Origin: an uncultured virus (IMG/VR IMGVR_UViG_3300021961_008224)
Lineage: Duplodnaviria; Heunggongvirae; Uroviricota; Caudoviricetes
Virus record (IMG/VR): IMGVR_UViG_3300021961_008224
DNA length: 54,073 bases
Direction: 5' to 3' (one strand)
Every line of letters starts with the position of its first letter. The stretch's first letter is position 1. The notes under the pieces are model-generated. The model saw only the letters and a list, made by a program, of their open reading frames with translations. It was not told where the DNA came from and did no database searches. A program made the position numbers and the translations under genes. Shown here in pieces: positions 50,287 through 54,073 of the stretch.

Positions 50287-53200
50287 TGTTTTATAACGCA
50301 ATTGTAAATGGGGACTGTAATGGTTTGGGTGATGGTTCAATCCAAATATTCCCTATTGACGGTGTCGAACCATATACTATAGATTGGTACAATCCAAATT
50401 TAGGTGTTGATACTTTAGTGTATGATGGTGACGACTCAACTAGAACAGGACTTAGTGGAGGTTTATATCAGATAAGAATAAATGACTCGAATACACCACC
50501 AAACGATGAGATTTATGTGAATCTTTGGATTTCAACAGGTATGTGTCTTAGTTTAGAGACCATTACTGAGGCGAGTTGTGAAGGTAGTAATGGTATGTTA
50601 TCTGTTACCGCAACAACACAAAACTATCCCGTAACTTATGATTTATATCAGTTATCAGGATTAAATAGTACCCTTATCAGTACTTCAGTTGCCGATGATA
50701 TTCAAATTTTTGATTCATTACCGTCTGGAATTTATTACGTTATCGCCACAGATGATGGTGGTTGTACAGGTTCTACAGGTACTTGTGTTATTTCAGATTC
50801 AGGAAAATTCACATTTGGTTTATATACTATTGATGATTCCGCGTGTACTGCAGGTAATACTGGTGCCATTTATGTTACAGGATTAACGGGTACCGCTCCT
50901 TACACATATCAGTGGAGTAGTAGTCCATTAAATCAACCTTCATTAACAGGTTTAACAGGAGGGTCATATTCAGTTACTGTTACAGACGCTAATAATTGTT
51001 CAATTACTGAAAGTGTTGTAGTATCCGCAGCTACTCGTTTAGGTATTATTAATTTTGTTAACTCATCCCCGACTTGTTTTAATAATGATGGACAAGTTAT
51101 CGTTAATATTTCAGGAGGTACTCCACCATTTTATTATCAGTTTTCAAATGGTGAAAATGATATTGATGGTGATAGAAGTTATACCTATAGTAATTTAGTT
51201 GCTGGTACCTATACTGTTATTGTAACTGATGCTGCATTATGTGTAGTTTCAGGTAGTACAACTATATTAACACCTAATTCATTTACATCAACTAGTGTTG
51301 TTGTAAAAAATTCCACCTGTTCTAACGGAAGTGGTTCTATTACAGTATCTGGTGGTGGAGGACAAACGCCTTATATTTTTGAATTATTAGATTCTAATGG
51401 AACTGTACTTAATACACAAAATACATCTCCTAGTGCGATTTTTAACAATTTAAATTCTGGTACTTATACCGTCACAATGACAACCCAAGGTGGTATATGT
51501 ACTTATACTAAAACCGTAGTAATTGAAAACGTACAACCATTTGCAGTTAGTGCAACACCTATTGCGACCACCTGTGGAAATCAAAATGGTCAGGTTACAG
51601 TTTATGTTGATACACCAGGTATTTACACATATCAAGTTGGTAGTCAGATAATAGCCAATAGTACAAGTCAAACCGCTACTTTTACAAATTTACCCGCAGG
51701 ATTTTACAACGCTTTAGTTACCGATGCCGACCCTGATAGTGAATCGTGTACAGTTAAAACAAGTTTTATAATCCTTTCATCGACTAAGACGGCATTTACT
51801 TTAACAAGTACTTCTTGTGGAAATGGTAATGAGGGTACGGTAACTGCGTTAATTACAGGGGGTAAACCACCATACACTTTTGGATGGTCTTCAAATGTCG
51901 GTTCTCAAACAGGTATTTTTCTTACAGGATTAACCGCAGGAACTTATAGTTTAATCCTAACGGACTCTGATGGATGTGTTGCAACTAAATCAATTTCGGT
52001 TAGTTGTAGTTCTAATAATTCAACATACTCATTGTTTAATGTTTGTGATAGTGAATTTATTGAAAACAGTGGTACTAAACAAGGTTTACGTCAAATGTTA
52101 AATGATGGATATGAAGTTTTAACTTCGGGAGAGACAGGATGTTCATTAACCGCAGCAACATTTACAATTTTAGTGAATGTTGGAGGTACAGGTTATACTA
52201 GTGAATTTTATAATTCGGTTGGGATTTTAGATTACCCGACAGATACTCAATATGTTACCGCGTTACGAAATCTATTAGATAGTATACCTGGTATTGGTTC
52301 TATTATAATTAACACCGAATCAAATACAATTCAGTTAAGTACCGATTGTTTAAAAGCTTTATCGGATAAGGACGTTATAATTAGACTAATGATTGATTAC
52401 GGATTCTGTTGTGACGATTATTCCCCAACCCCAACACCGACTGTCACACCAAACACTACTCCTACAAACACACCAACACCAGGTCCTACCTCAACACCAG
52501 GACCTACCTCAACACCGACACCAACACCAATATTATATTATTATTTGGTAGATGCAATAAATTGTTGTGATGGTGGAATAATTACTAATCAATTAGTGTA
52601 TTCGGTATTTCCAAATATAAATGTTGGAAGTGTATTTTCTTACGCCACTACACAAATTTGTTTTACCATAACAAATTCAACACCTACAATAAGTGGTAGT
52701 GGAGCTTGGGGGGTCGGAGGACCTTGGGTTAATTGTACCGATTGTTTAGATTTTTGGGGTAACTGTCCCACTCCTACACCGACAACAGGACCTACTTCAA
52801 CGCCAGGACCAACTTCAACATCAACTCCTACCCCAACCCCAACCTCAACGCCAGGTCCAACCTCAACATCAACTCCTGAACCTACTTCAACACCAACTCC
52901 AGAACCTACTTCAACATCAACGCCTGAACCTACTTCAACCCCAACTCCAGAACCTACTTCAACATCAACGCCTGAACCTACTTCAACCCCAACCCCAACA
53001 CCTACTGACGAAGTATCTTATGTTGGGTATTATGCTGATGAATTTACTTGTGAGTATGACCCTGATACAGGTGTTGCAATACAATGTAATTTAGTTACGT
53101 CATCTGTAGAAGTTCAATTCCCTACAACAGTGACTCCGTTATTTAATAGATATTACGCTCCGAACCCTGGTTCTTGTAGTGGAACTGTTTATTATATAAC

Positions 53201-53294
53201 AGGTAATTCGGTTAATACTACGGGTCCAATAATTGGTGGTATAACCGCTCATAATGTTTGTACTGATGCTTGTCAAGAAGAGTGTCCGTTATAA
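50286..53294 (+). CDS. SprB-repeat adhesin-like tail appendage protein with Pro/Thr linkers and Cys-rich modules
   Basis: Seven units of C...DG.I.V..GG..PY.Y.W...L..G.Y.V.VTD...C; two PT tracts; no signal peptide. Confidence 0.8.
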   Translation: MFYNAIVNGDCNGLGDGSIQIFPIDGVEPYTIDWYNPNLGVDTLVYDGDDSTRTGLSGGLYQIRINDSNTPPNDEIYVNLWISTGMCLSLETITEASCEGSNGMLSVTATTQNYPVTYDLYQLSGLNSTLISTSVADDIQIFDSLPSGIYYVIATDDGGCTGSTGTCVISDSGKFTFGLYTIDDSACTAGNTGAIYVTGLTGTAPYTYQWSSSPLNQPSLTGLTGGSYSVTVTDANNCSITESVVVSAATRLGIINFVNSSPTCFNNDGQVIVNISGGTPPFYYQFSNGENDIDGDRSYTYSNLVAGTYTVIVTDAALCVVSGSTTILTPNSFTSTSVVVKNSTCSNGSGSITVSGGGGQTPYIFELLDSNGTVLNTQNTSPSAIFNNLNSGTYTVTMTTQGGICTYTKTVVIENVQPFAVSATPIATTCGNQNGQVTVYVDTPGIYTYQVGSQIIANSTSQTATFTNLPAGFYNALVTDADPDSESCTVKTSFIILSSTKTAFTLTSTSCGNGNEGTVTALITGGKPPYTFGWSSNVGSQTGIFLTGLTAGTYSLILTDSDGCVATKSISVSCSSNNSTYSLFNVCDSEFIENSGTKQGLRQMLNDGYEVLTSGETGCSLTAATFTILVNVGGTGYTSEFYNSVGILDYPTDTQYVTALRNLLDSIPGIGSIIINTESNTIQLSTDCLKALSDKDVIIRLMIDYGFCCDDYSPTPTPTVTPNTTPTNTPTPGPTSTPGPTSTPTPTPILYYYLVDAINCCDGGIITNQLVYSVFPNINVGSVFSYATTQICFTITNSTPTISGSGAWGVGGPWVNCTDCLDFWGNCPTPTPTTGPTSTPGPTSTSTPTPTPTSTPGPTSTSTPEPTSTPTPEPTSTSTPEPTSTPTPEPTSTSTPEPTSTPTPTPTDEVSYVGYYADEFTCEYDPDTGVAIQCNLVTSSVEVQFPTTVTPLFNRYYAPNPGSCSGTVYYITGNSVNTTGPIIGGITAHNVCTDACQEECPL
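52875..52993 (+). repeat. About 2.5 near-identical 48-nt tandem units (PEPTSTPTPEPTSTST)
   Basis: Units at 52875, 52923 and 52971 (partial); units 1 and 2 differ at one base. Confidence 0.88.
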
Positions 53295-53441
53295 TTTATT
53301 ATGATACTATAACCCTGTAATTGAGTAGTATTTCTATTCTTTTAAAAACTCTCACAAATATTATTACAACCTACAATAATAAAAAGGTTTCGTTAATATT
53401 TATAAAATGAGTTAATCATAAAAAAAAACGTAACATAATTT

Positions 53442-54073
53442 GTGGGGTCAGCAATAACTATTACAAGTATAACAGGAACATCGCCATATCAAGTATATGT
53501 GTGTAATGTACTTGGTGCTAGTTGTAATTATGTAGGGTCAGCAACAACAATGCCATATACAGTTGTTCTACCTGCGATGTACGATAGTGCCCCTGCGGTA
53601 ATGATTAAAGTCATTGATTCAAATAATTGTGAAACTTTTATAATAGCTCCTTGCACTGAACCATTACCAACACCAACACCAACCGCAACGCCGATTCCTA
53701 CCTCAACTCCAACTCCTACTCCAACACAAACAGAGACACCGACACCTACTCCTGGACCTACCTCAACTCCGACACCTACCCCAACTCCAAGTAGTACTCC
53801 TACCCCAACTCCAACACCAACACCTTCATTCTACGCTTATTTAACTATTGAACCATTTAGTGCGAGAACGTCAGTTAATAGTTGGATGTTATCACAAGGA
53901 AGTGCATTCAGAGGTTATAACATTAATGCACCTTCAATAAGTCAAGTAACATTTAATACTCAGATGAATGCTTACTTAAATTACTCAGGATGGGGTAGTT
54001 TAGGTGTACCTTCTATTAGAAGTGAACAAGTACCTATGTCTTCAGGAGGATTTGACTCACAAGGTAATCCGAT
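53442..54073 (+). CDS. Partial CDS (GTG start, runs off the edge): small Cys beta-domain, PT linker and further domain; absent from ORF track
   Basis: Reads [30 protein letters not shown]...[11 protein letters not shown]...PTPTPT...FYAYLTIEP...; in-frame TAA at 53436; TATTTAT at 53397. Confidence 0.8.
   Translation, partial: MGSAITITSITGTSPYQVYVCNVLGASCNYVGSATTMPYTVVLPAMYDSAPAVMIKVIDSNNCETFIIAPCTEPLPTPTPTATPIPTSTPTPTPTQTETPTPTPGPTSTPTPTPTPSSTPTPTPTPTPSFYAYLTIEPFSARTSVNSWMLSQGSAFRGYNINAPSISQVTFNTQMNAYLNYSGWGSLGVPSIRSEQVPMSSGGFDSQGNP

Noticed and set aside
3429..51671. Short 60-107-aa ORFs in the track nested in or antisense to long genes (e.g. 10302-10559, 13391-13663, 26203-26526, 43000-43230)
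   Set aside because: They are shadow frames of well-supported genes, with no motifs and atypical composition.
53295..53441. tRNA or other structured RNA in the larger intergenic gaps (also 9467-9617)
   Set aside because: Very AT-rich; no cloverleaf or T-loop GTTC motif seen.
1..54073. Stop-codon reassignment (TAG/TGA recoding, as in some large phages)
   Set aside because: Genes up to 2241 codons are uninterrupted under code 11. TAG ends ORFs at 11089 and 30393 at sensible places; the TAA bias fits the AT content.

Overview
This AT-rich, densely coding window (standard code, almost all stops TAA) reads as part of a large lytic myovirus (jumbo-phage-like, T4-related modules). The host is probably Bacteroidota, based on the lack of Shine-Dalgarno sites and the SprB-type repeats; this is inference. 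On the minus strand at the left are a Mn/Fe superoxide dismutase fused to an unknown C-terminal region (runs off the edge) and a SNF2 helicase. The plus strand carries neck/tail-completion genes, a 1116-aa sheath, a HAD hydrolase, tail tube, tail chaperone, tape measure and two giant baseplate proteins (1890 and 2241 aa). A replication block follows (gp32-like SSB, RecA/UvsX, 5'-3' exonuclease, DnaB-like helicase, nrdB, nrdA), then wedge proteins and large Cys-rich tail-appendage proteins. The most notable observations are: an unannotated ORF implying a +1/-2 frameshift at TTT-TTT-CGG in the tail chaperone; an OmpA-like domain inserted in a tube-fold baseplate protein that also has five 58-aa repeats; a GH73-like tail on the hub protein; a membrane hairpin in a tail-region protein; SprB adhesin repeats; a TATTTAT promoter-like motif before most transcription units; putative L/I-x-E propeptides on SOD and other proteins; and apparent GATC avoidance. 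All calls come from motif recognition by eye; no searches were run.
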